Below, in pieces: positions 9,949 through 20,733 of a stretch of 64,000 nt of DNA; position 1 is the first letter of the stretch; every line of letters begins with the position of its first letter. The notes below the pieces were generated by a model. The model was not told where the DNA came from. It searched no databases and saw only the letters and a program-made list of their open reading frames with translations. Both the position numbers and the translations under genes were made by a program. Source of the DNA: an uncultured bacterium (GTDB taxonomy: Bacteria > Muiribacteriota > Ozemobacteria > Ozemobacterales > Ozemobacteraceae); NCBI GenBank assembly GCA_964596185.1, contig CAZQUE010000003.1, forward strand, positions 65,213-129,212, in the 5' to 3' direction.

Positions 9949-11895
9949 GTGAAAAGCCTGGGGATAATAATGCCAGATTTAAAAAATAATAGGCTTCAGA
10001 GTCTTGAAGCGCTATTCAAGAATATGAAAGAAGGCGTAGCCTTTCATGAGATTGTTTTCGACGACAAGGGAAAACCGGTCGATTATCGTCTTACCGATGT
10101 TAATTCTTCATTTGAAGAGATAACTAAAATTCCCAAAGATCAGGCAATTGGAAAACTTGCTTCTGAATTATACGGAACAGGTGAGCCGCCATTCCTCAAA
10201 ATTTTTGCAAAAGTTGCAGAGACTGGCGAAGCAGATGCTTTTGAGATTTTTTGGCCGCCAATGGATAAATACTTCAATGTTTCGATCATTTCTCTTCAAC
10301 AGGGTTCTTTCGCAACTATTTTCTTTGATATAAGCGACATAAAGAAAGCCACTGATGCATTGAAAGAGAGTGAAAACCGGTTCAGGTCAATCACCGAGAA
10401 TGCTGTTGACTATATATTCATCAAGGACAAGGAAAGAAGATATACCTTTGTTAATAGAGCCATGAGGAATTTACTCGGACTCACGGAAAATGAAATCCTT
10501 GGAAAGACGCCCGAAGAAATTTATGGGCCTGATGAGGGAAAAATAGTCAGAGAAGTTGACGACCGTACGTTTGCTGGTGAAACGGTAAATGAAACAAGAG
10601 AGCTTATGATCGGAAAAGAGCAACGTTCTTTTAACACCCTGCAAACATCTCTTAGCGTAGAGAATGGTAATATTACTGCAATAATGGGAATTGTGAGGGA
10701 TGTTACTGATAGCAAGCGTCTTGAAGAACAGCTTAATCAAACTGATAAAATGAGAGCGATTGGACAACTTGCAGGTGGGATTGCTCATGATTTCAATAAT
10801 CAACTTACCGGAATTGTCAGTTGTGCTGAGATTCTGCGAGGAAAATTGTCTGACACCCCGAAATTGTCTTCTTATGTAGATAGCATCCTTCTGGCAGCGA
10901 AAAGATCTGCAGATCTGACATTGCAATTACTGGCCTTTGCACGAAAGGGCAAGTATCTTTCACTTCCGGTGGATATTCATTCGATTGTTGGAGAAGTTGT
11001 CAATATTCTTTATCGAACAATAGACAAGCGTATTGTTATTAAGCAACGCCTTGATGCAAAACACAAAATGACGTTAGGCGATCCTACTCAGATCCAGAAT
11101 GCTGTGATGAACGTCGCCCTGAATTCACGCGATGCAATGCCCGACGGTGGCGAAATGCTTTTTTCAACTTCTGTGGTGGCGCTAGACGAAGAATATTGTA
11201 CCAATCATCCGTATGAGATCAATCCCGGCGATTATATTCAATTGTGTATAAGCGATAATGGTGTCGGGATGGATGAAATAACCCTAATGAGGATTTTTGA
11301 GCCATTTTTCACGACCAAGGAACCGGGCAAAGGCACGGGAATGGGGCTATCATCAGTTTATGGCACTCTTAAGAATCATGGTGGCGCTATAGGCGTTTAT
11401 AGTGAACCCGGCCATGGAACAACCATTAAGTTATATTTTCCAATGATTCTGGATGAAAAAGAGGGGTTATACAAGGCAAAGACAGAAAAGGAAGTCGTTT
11501 CAGGCAATGCAAATATTCTTCTTGTCGATGATGAAGAAATCATAATCGAGACTGCAACGATAATGCTTGAGAAGGTTGGGTATAGGGTTTCAGGCTGCAG
11601 AAGCGCTAAAGAAGCGATTGAATTTTATAAAGACAATTGGCAAAGCATAGATCTGGTAATTCTGGATATTGTAATGCCTGAGTTAAGCGGCAAAGATACA
11701 TTTATTGCTTTAAAACAGATCAATCCTGAAGTGAAGGTGCTTTTGAGTTCCGGATACAGTGTAAATGGTGAGGCGCAAAAGATTCTTGATGAAGGTGTTA
11801 AAGCATTCATTCAAAAACCATACCGGTTGATTGAGCTTTCACAAGTGATTAATGAAGTTTTAACAGATAAAAGCTCTTTGCCGACTCAAAAATAA
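9949..11895 (+). CDS. PAS-domain hybrid sensor histidine kinase with receiver domain
   Basis: HisKA motif [11 protein letters not shown], HATPase motifs (DNGVGMD, GTGMGLS), and REC ([23 protein letters not shown]). Confidence 0.8.
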   Translation: MKSLGIIMPDLKNNRLQSLEALFKNMKEGVAFHEIVFDDKGKPVDYRLTDVNSSFEEITKIPKDQAIGKLASELYGTGEPPFLKIFAKVAETGEADAFEIFWPPMDKYFNVSIISLQQGSFATIFFDISDIKKATDALKESENRFRSITENAVDYIFIKDKERRYTFVNRAMRNLLGLTENEILGKTPEEIYGPDEGKIVREVDDRTFAGETVNETRELMIGKEQRSFNTLQTSLSVENGNITAIMGIVRDVTDSKRLEEQLNQTDKMRAIGQLAGGIAHDFNNQLTGIVSCAEILRGKLSDTPKLSSYVDSILLAAKRSADLTLQLLAFARKGKYLSLPVDIHSIVGEVVNILYRTIDKRIVIKQRLDAKHKMTLGDPTQIQNAVMNVALNSRDAMPDGGEMLFSTSVVALDEEYCTNHPYEINPGDYIQLCISDNGVGMDEITLMRIFEPFFTTKEPGKGTGMGLSSVYGTLKNHGGAIGVYSEPGHGTTIKLYFPMILDEKEGLYKAKTEKEVVSGNANILLVDDEEIIIETATIMLEKVGYRVSGCRSAKEAIEFYKDNWQSIDLVILDIVMPELSGKDTFIALKQINPEVKVLLSSGYSVNGEAQKILDEGVKAFIQKPYRLIELSQVINEVLTDKSSLPTQK

Positions 11896-11899
11896 CAAC

Positions 11900-11938
11900 G
11901 CAGTTTTTGTGGCCGATTCACAGATTGCAAAAAACTGC
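11900..11938 (+). terminator. hairpin downstream of the hybrid kinase gene (GCAGTTTTT ... AAAAACTGC)
   Basis: 9-bp perfect inverted repeat 4 nt after the stop codon. A T-rich tract follows, but the loop is long, so it is a weak terminator. Confidence 0.35.
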
Positions 11939-12088
11939 AAATTTCGGTTTAATTTGTAGCCAGAGTTAAGCCTGATTATTCTGAAATTACAAAATCTGTT
12001 TTGCCCCCGTGACATTTATCTGTTATATTTCGGGGTACCGAATTAAGTTCCTTCGATAATCATTGTATTCGCACAGGGAGGTTCATAA

Positions 12089-12376
12089 GTGAACCAGTTT
12101 CAGAAAGAACAGGTGGTAATAACGGTTCTTGGCGCCAACAAGCCTGGAATTCTTGCCGGAATTACCAGGGCCATCGCCGATGCCAACGTTAATGTCGAAG
12201 ACGTCAGTCAGAAAATCATGCAGGATTTGTTTGCCCTGATGATGATGACCGATTTTTCTCAGGCTAATTGCAGCTTTGAGAATTTTCAGACGCAGATGCA
12301 GGAAGTTGCTGAACAGTTGAAGGTGAAAATTTTCATTCAACACGAAGATGTATTCAGATTTCAGCATCGGCTTTAA
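12089..12376 (+). CDS. ACT-domain protein, UPF0237 family
   Basis: GTG start with GGGAGG Shine-Dalgarno. VVITVLGANKPGILAGITRAIADANVNVEDVSQ is a classic ACT fold signature. It lies immediately upstream of a UPF0210 gene, the conserved pairing. Confidence 0.7.
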   Translation: MNQFQKEQVVITVLGANKPGILAGITRAIADANVNVEDVSQKIMQDLFALMMMTDFSQANCSFENFQTQMQEVAEQLKVKIFIQHEDVFRFQHRL

Positions 12377-12388
12377 TGGAGGAAATCA

Positions 12389-13750
12389 ATGCTTTTCTCT
12401 ATTGAAGAAGTAATCGAAACCATCTCTCAGGTAGGGGTTGAAACCTTTGATATACGCACCATTACCTGCGGCATCAATCTGCACAGTTGCATCGATCCGG
12501 ATGTAAACCGTTGCGCCGAAAAAGTTTATGAAAAAGTAACCAGAGTGGCCAAAGATCTGGTGCCAACTGCCCGAAGTATCGAAAAGAAATTTGGTATACC
12601 CATTGTTAATAAAAGAATCTCGGTGTCACCAATTGCCCACCTTGCCGGAGCTTTTACTGAACCGACCGCGGTGCCGATTGCCCAGGCACTTGATCAGGCA
12701 GCAAAAGATCTTGGCATCGATTATGTTGCGGGTTTCAGCGCCCAGATTCAAAAAGGCATTACCCGTGGCGATCAGATTCTGTTAAATTCAATTGCCGATG
12801 CTCTTTGCCATACCGATAGAGTTTGTTCAAGCGTTAATATTGGTAGTTCTCAGGCCGGCATCAACATGGATGGTGTCTATCGCATGGCTGAAATCGTTAA
12901 AGAAGCAGCCGAGCGCTCTAAAGATAAAAACGGCCTGGCATGCGCCAAGCTGGTGGTCTTTTGTAACGCCGTCGAAGATAATCCCTTCATTGCCGGTTCA
13001 TTTCATGGTCCAGGAGAAGGGGAAGCCATTCTCAATGTCGGAATTTCAGGTCCAGGCGTGGTGCGCGCCGCCCTGGCAAGTGCCGGCAATCTTAGTTTCG
13101 GTGAACTATCTGAATTGATCAAGAAGATCAGTTTCAAAATTACCCGAATTGGCGAACTGGTTGGTCGTGAGGCTTCTCGGGCTACCGGTATTCCCTTTGG
13201 TATTATCGATCTTTCGTTGGCACCGACTCCAGCAGAAGGCGATTCAATTTCTGATATTCTAGAATTGATGGGTCTTGAACGCACAGGTTGCCACGGCACT
13301 ACGGCTGCCCTGGCAATGCTCAACGATGCGGTCAAGAAAGGCGGCATGATGGCCGCAACCTATGCTGGCGGCTTGTCTGGCGCATTTATTCCTTTGACTG
13401 AGGATGCGGGTATGTGTCGAGCGGTTGAAGCCGGCGCTTTGAATATTCAGAAACTCGAAGCCATGACCTGTGTTTGTTCTGTCGGGCTTGATATGGTTGC
13501 CATTCCCGGCGATACGCCCGTTGATGTTATCGCGGGTATCATTGCCGACGAAGCTGCAATTGGCATGATTAACCATAAAACTACTGCCTGTCGACTTATT
13601 CCAGTTCCAGGAATGGTTGCCGGCGATGTTGTCGATTTTGGGGGACTGCTTGGCAAAGGGCCAATTATTGCCGTTTCCAAAGAAAAACCCTCGGTGTTTG
13701 TGCGTCGTGGCGGCCGGATTCCGCCACCGGTTCACAGCATGAAAAACTGA
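12389..13750 (+). CDS. UPF0210-family protein (partner of the UPF0237 ACT protein)
   Basis: 453 aa. A conserved two-gene arrangement with the ACT protein is known from Firmicutes and archaea. Biochemical function is unknown. Confidence 0.65.
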   Translation: MLFSIEEVIETISQVGVETFDIRTITCGINLHSCIDPDVNRCAEKVYEKVTRVAKDLVPTARSIEKKFGIPIVNKRISVSPIAHLAGAFTEPTAVPIAQALDQAAKDLGIDYVAGFSAQIQKGITRGDQILLNSIADALCHTDRVCSSVNIGSSQAGINMDGVYRMAEIVKEAAERSKDKNGLACAKLVVFCNAVEDNPFIAGSFHGPGEGEAILNVGISGPGVVRAALASAGNLSFGELSELIKKISFKITRIGELVGREASRATGIPFGIIDLSLAPTPAEGDSISDILELMGLERTGCHGTTAALAMLNDAVKKGGMMAATYAGGLSGAFIPLTEDAGMCRAVEAGALNIQKLEAMTCVCSVGLDMVAIPGDTPVDVIAGIIADEAAIGMINHKTTACRLIPVPGMVAGDVVDFGGLLGKGPIIAVSKEKPSVFVRRGGRIPPPVHSMKN

Positions 13751-13843
13751 TTTAAAATGTTTAAAACAGGGGGCTGTCTCAAGCGAGATGGCTCCTTTTG
13801 CTTTCTTGGGGAAAAAGCCTGGTTTTGATCGGGTGGTCTGCTT

Positions 13844-16771
13844 TTGCAAAACAGTAACAAAATAGGACCTCAAATGATCATCGGAGCGATTTTGGCTCTG
13901 CTGATCATTCTACCCGCAAACTTTATGGCGGAAAATCTTGATGAATTAGCCAGAAAAGACTTTCGACATAAGCTGATGCGTAAGTATCTGCTGTTACAGA
14001 ACGATTTGTTAAGATTCAAGCTTGACCTTGTTCCCCGCTACCAGATTCAAAGAATAATCAATGAGGTTGAGAAATCCGCGGGACTGGTAGCTCTGAAACA
14101 GACTTTACCAAATTTTTCTTCGAAAGATTTCGTTGAGATCTACGACCAGGGCATGTTGACCCGGATACTGTCGATTTTGGCTAAAGATCATGGTTTACAA
14201 CCGATTTATCTTGGAGTTGCTTCAGCCGATGTTGGAAATTACTGGTCATGGACCGGGCAGCCCTTTTCCTGGCTTTCTCAAGCAAAAAGGGAGCTGCTTG
14301 ACCTTAATATAAGCTGTTACATAACTGATTTGAATGGAATTGACCCGGTTACGGTTGATAAAAACGCTGCTGACAATTTTTTGCAGCGATTGATCGAGGC
14401 GCGTGGCAGTCATAAAAATTCGGCTGATGCTTTTTATTTCTCCTTTAGGGAAGCCTTCTCTGAAATGGCCTATAGTCCACGCTATTCGGCAAATACTTAT
14501 GAAATATGCTGTGATCGATTCGACAGCTTGCGTTTGTTCGTTCACTATAATCGTTTGAAGGATCGTGAGAAATTTTACGGGGGCTACATGCTGGTTTTTG
14601 CCAGTCGCGATCTTAAGCCGGCATTTTTTTTGCATAAAGCTTTAGAATTGGGGTTTGCCGGAGTAAAGCGTGCATATAGTCGCGAATCATTTACTCCTTC
14701 GCACCTTGTTTTGAGCAGCGGAATGTCCTCAGATTTGCGGGGCTATCATGATTTGTCATCTAAAAAAAGCCCCTTGCCTCAAGAAATTTTTGTTGGCATT
14801 GATTTTTCAAATGAAATATTCAATTTAAATAAATTTAGGAAAAGCCTTTCTTTTGTCCGAAATTTAGCGGTTCTAATCGCATTTTTTCTAATGATAAGAT
14901 TGTTTCTATTTGGAATAACTGGCTTTTCCCAGTTGAGAAAGAGCTTCCTGGCGGTAGTAGTTTCAGTAATTTTCATACCTTATCTGATTCTTGGGAATCT
15001 TACCTACATAATTTTCGGCAGTCTTGAGAATTTGCATGTTGAAGAGGTGAAAGCAGAACTTGAGCGTTATTTTTACGAACTTGATTACTATTATCATGAC
15101 CAAAAGATTCAGCATTTAATCCGGCTTTTTTATGCCAAAGAACAATTTATTAGAAACGTAAATTTATCGGTGTCAGAATTTGCCGAGTTACATGCTCATG
15201 AGGTTGTAGAACCTGGATTTCATGCAAATTTCTATATTTACCGTAATGATGCATTCACCAGAAAATTTGATTCCGGGTTTCGTGGCAGCACCAGACCAAA
15301 CAGGTTTTTAACTGCACTTGGAGCGCGATATCTCGAGCAGATCGGAGCTCTGGATAAAAATAAGCCGGCGGCACGTAAGGATCTTGAAATATCGAGGCTT
15401 ACCGATGGATTCCTTTCAGAACTGCGCGAGGGAAACCTCGAGCATTTTATTCTTGCCTCTGAAGGTAATGTTACGCGGGACATTGCCAAGATAGACGATT
15501 TTTCCCGGATGGTCTATTTTTTGATTCCAGAGAATGAGCGGATTTCAGCACCTGTTAAGGCAATTGCTTTCGGAAATGTGGCTGATGTTAACACCAATAT
15601 TTATCAACAGCATTGTTTTCATCGTGACATTTTTTACCGACAATCAAAATTTGCTGATGCTCATTTGGCATTGGGTATAAGGCGTGGCGAGGGTTCGGTC
15701 TCAAGATGGTGGCCTGACGATGTTGGAGTTGGCAATAATCTTAAACGATTGCTTGATCTTGTGGCACTTACAAACAGTAATGGGCAATTATTGGATTTAA
15801 AAGAAGGACGAATAAATTTGGAAAGCTGGCGTTTTGCTAATGGCGACAGTTCCATTTTTGCCGGAGAGATTCATGCAACTCCTGATTATCTACTTGAATT
15901 GGTGATCAGGGTCTTCCCCTTGTTGCTGCTACTTTTCTCAATAATTTCGATATTTTTGTTTTCAGACGTTTTGAATTCGATGTTCGTCTTGCCAGTTCAA
16001 GGGTTTGCTAGCGCTGCATTTTCAATAAAAGCCGGTCATTTCATGACCAGGGTTGTGGCCGGTGGCTGTGATGAACTTTCAGAGTTGGCCCGGAGTTTTA
16101 ACTTGATGGCAATCGGTTTGCAGCAGCGTGAGAGTCTGCGGCGGTTTATTTCTGAAGATCTTTTCTGGAAAATTAAGCAACGTAACGAGGAACTGGCTTT
16201 CGGAAAATTACAGGAAAAAGAAGTTAGCGTATTGGCTTCTGATATTCGGAGCTTTACAAGTATCAGTGAAAAATTTCCGGCTGATGAAGTGGTGCTTTTG
16301 TTAAATGATTACTTTACGGAGATGGAAGCTGCTATTGCCGGGGCGGGTGGTGTGATTGTTCGATTTGTTGGTGATGCTGTTGTTGCTGTCTTTCAGGGAA
16401 ATAGTCCTGATAAAAATTGTGCGGCCGCGGTTAATGCGGCAGTTGAGATGCGTAAAGCGCTTTTCCGATTAAACCATCAACGTAAAAATCTAGGCTTTTT
16501 TGCCGTCGAAAACGGCATCGGTATTGCCACGGGGGTGGCGGTTACCGGCATTTCCGGTTCCCAGAAAGGGCGAAAGGCATTTTGTGTTATGGGTGAGGTC
16601 ACCCAGATTGCCGAGAATCTGGAAGCCAAGAGTAAGAATTCTAATTTTAACAAAATCATAATTTGCGAAAAATCCGCTCAGCTTTTGCAGAAAAAAGCGG
16701 ATCTGGTTCTATTGAAATCGGATGAAAACTTTGTTGAGGCTTATGATTTTAAGGGTTGGAGAGATGACTGA
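13844..16771 (+). CDS. membrane class III nucleotide cyclase with HAMP-like linker; C1-like subunit
   Basis: N-terminal TM plus extracytoplasmic domain and TM bundles. The C-terminal cyclase core VLASDIRSFT ... RFVGDAVVAVF carries both metal-binding Asp. The GDTVNLAARLE position reads GEVTQIAENLE, so Asn and Arg are lost. Confidence 0.75.
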   Translation: MQNSNKIGPQMIIGAILALLIILPANFMAENLDELARKDFRHKLMRKYLLLQNDLLRFKLDLVPRYQIQRIINEVEKSAGLVALKQTLPNFSSKDFVEIYDQGMLTRILSILAKDHGLQPIYLGVASADVGNYWSWTGQPFSWLSQAKRELLDLNISCYITDLNGIDPVTVDKNAADNFLQRLIEARGSHKNSADAFYFSFREAFSEMAYSPRYSANTYEICCDRFDSLRLFVHYNRLKDREKFYGGYMLVFASRDLKPAFFLHKALELGFAGVKRAYSRESFTPSHLVLSSGMSSDLRGYHDLSSKKSPLPQEIFVGIDFSNEIFNLNKFRKSLSFVRNLAVLIAFFLMIRLFLFGITGFSQLRKSFLAVVVSVIFIPYLILGNLTYIIFGSLENLHVEEVKAELERYFYELDYYYHDQKIQHLIRLFYAKEQFIRNVNLSVSEFAELHAHEVVEPGFHANFYIYRNDAFTRKFDSGFRGSTRPNRFLTALGARYLEQIGALDKNKPAARKDLEISRLTDGFLSELREGNLEHFILASEGNVTRDIAKIDDFSRMVYFLIPENERISAPVKAIAFGNVADVNTNIYQQHCFHRDIFYRQSKFADAHLALGIRRGEGSVSRWWPDDVGVGNNLKRLLDLVALTNSNGQLLDLKEGRINLESWRFANGDSSIFAGEIHATPDYLLELVIRVFPLLLLLFSIISIFLFSDVLNSMFVLPVQGFASAAFSIKAGHFMTRVVAGGCDELSELARSFNLMAIGLQQRESLRRFISEDLFWKIKQRNEELAFGKLQEKEVSVLASDIRSFTSISEKFPADEVVLLLNDYFTEMEAAIAGAGGVIVRFVGDAVVAVFQGNSPDKNCAAAVNAAVEMRKALFRLNHQRKNLGFFAVENGIGIATGVAVTGISGSQKGRKAFCVMGEVTQIAENLEAKSKNSNFNKIIICEKSAQLLQKKADLVLLKSDENFVEAYDFKGWRDD

Positions 16772-19559
16772 AAAATTCATAAGAATCGATCGCCGGGTTT
16801 CAGCAACAACTTTATTGTTGTGTTGGCTATTCATTTTTCTTTTGCCGGCAATTACCTTTCAGTTATGCCTTGACTGGTTGTTTGATTTGACCTTCAAGGC
16901 TAATTGTCGTGCGGTCAACCATCAACTGATCAATGAACTAACCAGATTCAAAAAACAGGCTACGACCGAATATGCTCTTGAAAAAATGCTTGAAGATTCT
17001 TTCAATAAAATGTTTGAAAGTGATCATAAATTTTCTAAGAATGAGCTGGTGCAGTTGATTGAGGAAAAAACAGGAGCAAAAGTTGCGCTTTTAGTAAGGC
17101 ATGGCGCAAGCACAAAAGAATTGCAGATCGTTCAGTCGAAGGAGTTCTCAAAGTTTATAAATGTTTTGCCACGAAAATTGACCCAGAGATTTCTATTGGA
17201 ATTATACAAAGATGGCATTGCAAATGAGGGTAAATTATTTTTAAGGCAGCAGTTCATGCTTATTGCCGAACCTGCTTTGGTTGTTTCGCGTGTTTGCAAG
17301 TCGGTTTCCGGAAAATTTCGAGGCCCGGTTTATTTCTATTATTGTCCGAAACGTTCTCAGGGAAAAACTGTTGAAGGTTTTTTTCTAATGATTATTGGTA
17401 GAGAAATAAATTACCGTAGGATCCTTGAATCGTCTCTGGTTTCTGAAAATGCTTTGATAAAAAGGAGTTTTGAAAAACTTGGTTTTGAGTTGCCCCGGCG
17501 CATGCATAACAACAATTCGATCATCAGCAGCTTTACAACCGATCTTCAAGGTTATTCTTTGAGCGGAATGCCTTTGCAGGAAATGGTGGTTGACCTGATT
17601 CAACGCGGAACCCTTTTCCCCTACGGAATCGAGACAACGGTTAAAAAGATGCCGGTTTTACGTGTATCTATTGCGAACAGGCACCTGCAGCATCTCCTTT
17701 TTCCGTATCGGGAAAACTTTCGGCAAGGCTTGCTGCTAGGCATCTTGTTCGGTGCAATAATGCTTTTACATCTGCATTTATTTGGAGAGAATTTTCGGGC
17801 TGGTCTGCGACAAAAGGCTCTTATAGGTCTTGCTTTGATAACTTTTTTACCAATCGCGCTGTTGTTGGTGGCAACAGTCACCTGGTCAGAGTTCAGCTTT
17901 ATTGAAGAACGTTATCTTAACGAGAGTCGGATCCGCAATATTGCTGAATCGGCGCAACAGAAATTCAATGACCATCTTGCCAACTCTCAATTGCAAACAT
18001 TGAATCTGGCAAAAGAATTGGAAAATGAAAAAGTCGTTATGTCTGGTGAAAGCATAAAGAATTGTTTGAAACGCTTTATTGAGGCAACGGGGGCATCAAT
18101 GGCGGGTTACGATCATTTGGTCTCCGGGTCCACTTTTGTGTCGAATGAAATACCAACTGGCATTGAAAAGAATGAGGAAGAAATACTAAAGGATGCTTCG
18201 CGAACATTGCTGAATACATTCGATCAAAATGGAAACTTCAATCTGAGCTATATTGATGGGGTTAATAATTCTTTTTCTGCCGTTAATCCCGCCTTTGTCA
18301 ATGAAATGCTTTGTTCGTCTGGTCGTCTTTTCGAATACGGTCGTTTTCGCACTGGAAACCGTTATTCCATCGTAGCTCAATTGTTTGCTGGCAAACCTTC
18401 AGCTCGAGCACTGGTAATAGTAAGGTATTCTGCAAAATCTTTGTTAAAAGGTTTTGCTGAAAAATTTTTTCAGCAAAACCAAAGTTTGGGCAACATGGGA
18501 AGAGTGCGTTTGTTTCGATATGAGTTTGAAGCGGATAAACCAAGGTTTTTTAATTGTTTTAACGACGAGAGAATTGAAAACCAGCATTTGCAAAAGCAAT
18601 TGAATGATGCTTTGCAAGGTAATGGGACTTTGCTTGACGGTTCCGGGCGAAAAATTCGTCTATTTCAGCTTCTGGCAGGATTCCCGATGATAATCAATGT
18701 TGAATCAAATGAAATTGAGACTGAAGAATTCTACTTGAAAACTTTTTTTGTCGTTGCTGTTTCCATAATTTTGCTGATGGTATTTGCCTATCTTGTACTG
18801 GGAAAAATCTACATTGATCCTATTCAAGAATTTGTCCGGGTAACCAGAAGTGTTGCCAGAAATGAACTCAATTGCTGTCCTCAGATAAAAAGCCGCGATG
18901 AGTTTCTGCATCTGAAATCTGCGTTTGTCGAAATGATCGAGGGTATTTCACAGAAGGAGACGATGTCTCAATTTGTTTCGCAGGATGTTTTGGATGCGGT
19001 TCATGGAAACCTGACATCAGGATTGGAGCCTGGCGGAGAAAAAGTGGAATCAACGGTCTGCTTTGTGCGTATGCCTTTGTTGAGTTCATTGAAGAAACCA
19101 GAAGAAATCGTTCGTCATTTGAGCTTTTTCATGGAGCTGATCGAGAGTCTGACAATTAGATATTCAGGTACTATAGATAAGATAATCGAAGACACAATCA
19201 TGCTTGTTTTTCGGGGAGAAAATCATGCCTTAAAGGCTGCAAATACTGTTCTTGAGGCTAGTCTTGCCTGTCGCCAGGAAAAAGGCGAAATTCAGGCTGG
19301 AATTGCCTCGGGCACGGTTATCTCTGGAAAAATAGGCTCAAGACTTGGCAAGCTTGATTTTACTGTGATCGGTGATACGGTTAACCTGGCGGCACGGCTC
19401 AAAACAGAGGCTAAGTCGGCAAAACATACCGGTATTATCATTGCCCCCTCGACCATTCGTCTTTTAAGGGGAAAGGCTGGAGTTGAATTTTTAAAACGGG
19501 TTGCTATCAAAGGTAAAAGTCGCGAATACCCACTTTATGAACTGACCAAACTTCGTTGA
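16764..19559 (+). CDS. membrane class III nucleotide cyclase paralog; C2-like subunit
   Basis: Track ORF starts at 16722, but ATG 16764 has an upstream Shine-Dalgarno and overlaps the upstream stop. The cyclase core is VCFVRMPLLS (first Asp replaced by Arg) ... IEDTIMLVF ... GDTVNLAARLK (canonical Asn and Arg). Confidence 0.75.
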   Translation: MTEKFIRIDRRVSATTLLLCWLFIFLLPAITFQLCLDWLFDLTFKANCRAVNHQLINELTRFKKQATTEYALEKMLEDSFNKMFESDHKFSKNELVQLIEEKTGAKVALLVRHGASTKELQIVQSKEFSKFINVLPRKLTQRFLLELYKDGIANEGKLFLRQQFMLIAEPALVVSRVCKSVSGKFRGPVYFYYCPKRSQGKTVEGFFLMIIGREINYRRILESSLVSENALIKRSFEKLGFELPRRMHNNNSIISSFTTDLQGYSLSGMPLQEMVVDLIQRGTLFPYGIETTVKKMPVLRVSIANRHLQHLLFPYRENFRQGLLLGILFGAIMLLHLHLFGENFRAGLRQKALIGLALITFLPIALLLVATVTWSEFSFIEERYLNESRIRNIAESAQQKFNDHLANSQLQTLNLAKELENEKVVMSGESIKNCLKRFIEATGASMAGYDHLVSGSTFVSNEIPTGIEKNEEEILKDASRTLLNTFDQNGNFNLSYIDGVNNSFSAVNPAFVNEMLCSSGRLFEYGRFRTGNRYSIVAQLFAGKPSARALVIVRYSAKSLLKGFAEKFFQQNQSLGNMGRVRLFRYEFEADKPRFFNCFNDERIENQHLQKQLNDALQGNGTLLDGSGRKIRLFQLLAGFPMIINVESNEIETEEFYLKTFFVVAVSIILLMVFAYLVLGKIYIDPIQEFVRVTRSVARNELNCCPQIKSRDEFLHLKSAFVEMIEGISQKETMSQFVSQDVLDAVHGNLTSGLEPGGEKVESTVCFVRMPLLSSLKKPEEIVRHLSFFMELIESLTIRYSGTIDKIIEDTIMLVFRGENHALKAANTVLEASLACRQEKGEIQAGIASGTVISGKIGSRLGKLDFTVIGDTVNLAARLKTEAKSAKHTGIIIAPSTIRLLRGKAGVEFLKRVAIKGKSREYPLYELTKLR

Positions 19560-19672
19560 GGCTTCCTGGTGAGGTTTTAAGTGGTTATTTGATTGTTGGC
19601 GGATTTCCAGAGAAACAATGCGCTCAATCAACGATGAGATTCCAGGTTTTTATTCTGAGCAAATCTACCGGG

Positions 19673-20002
19673 TCACTTTTTCTTTTTGGGAACTGGCAAC
19701 GCCGCTGCTGTGATGCGAACAAGCTCGGTCAGCCACTCGTGGTCTTCCAGACGATCTTCAATTAACAGGGCGGGTTTGGCGCTGGGGTAAGGTGATTCTT
19801 CAGTTAGATTACCCGAAAATTTTGCGCCTTCATCGGTCTTTTTGACAAAAAGCCGGTTGTCACAAATCAGGGCAACAATTTTTCCATCGAGATATATCGC
19901 ATACTCGCCGAACATTTTGCGGCAGGTCACTTCAAGCTGTGAACTCAGCATTTCAATAATGAAATCAACATAATCCTGATCTGAAGCCATGTTTCTCTCC
20001 AT
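19673..20002 (-). CDS. TfoX N-terminal-domain-like protein
   Basis: CRKMFGEYAIYLDGKIVALICDNRLFVK matches the TfoX/Sxy N-terminal domain pattern. Confidence 0.5.
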   Translation of the reverse strand: MERNMASDQDYVDFIIEMLSSQLEVTCRKMFGEYAIYLDGKIVALICDNRLFVKKTDEGAKFSGNLTEESPYPSAKPALLIEDRLEDHEWLTELVRITAAALPVPKKKK

Positions 20003-20138
20003 TCTGGAAGCCGTATTTCGCAGTCTCTTTTTCGCAGCCTAACAAAAGAATTTGCAGAGGTCAAAGTTAAAAAATGTATAATGCATTTGTAAAGGTGTTT
20101 TTTCGATATGAAAAAGAGTCTGGTGTGTAGAATTAATT

Positions 20139-20651
20139 ATGGAATCAAAATCTTATTTGAATGTGTGTGAGGCCTCTGAAGAGCACAAGAAAGTCTTTGT
20201 TGAATGGGGTCGCGCCTGTCGCATCGAAGAACTTACCTGCCGCCCGATTGTCGCCGGCAAAAGGATTGCTGCCGAGTCAAAACTGATTACCCTCGCTTTT
20301 TTTATCACTCATAGTGAAAAACCTGTCGGCAAAATGAGCTTCTTTGACTTTAACTCAAGAAATCGTTCGGCAGAATTCGGTTACATGGTAGACCCGGCTC
20401 AGCGTGGCCGTGGCATTGCCACACAAATGCTCCGGATGGGTCTGAAAAAGATTTTTTGCGATGAAAATCTCAACAAGCTTTATTGTCAGACGGCTGAATT
20501 CAATATTCCATCGATCAGGCTTCTGAAAAAGTCGGGCTTTCATCTCGACGGAACCCTGCGCGAGCATCACGAGTTAGATGGAAAGCTATATTCCGATCTT
20601 GTCTTCAGCATTCTGAGACGCGAGTTTGAAGCCGTGGAGAAGACATGGTAG
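20139..20651 (+). CDS. GNAT family N-acetyltransferase (RimJ/RimL-like)
   Basis: Acetyl-CoA binding motif QRGRGIAT and overall GNAT layout. Confidence 0.65.
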   Translation: MESKSYLNVCEASEEHKKVFVEWGRACRIEELTCRPIVAGKRIAAESKLITLAFFITHSEKPVGKMSFFDFNSRNRSAEFGYMVDPAQRGRGIATQMLRMGLKKIFCDENLNKLYCQTAEFNIPSIRLLKKSGFHLDGTLREHHELDGKLYSDLVFSILRREFEAVEKTW

Positions 20652-20733
20652 AGATTGTGGAATTCCGCCGCGCCGCAATGCTTCAAAGAGTTTTTGCCCG
20701 AATAAACTTCAGATTTCTTCGAAGAGGTTAATA

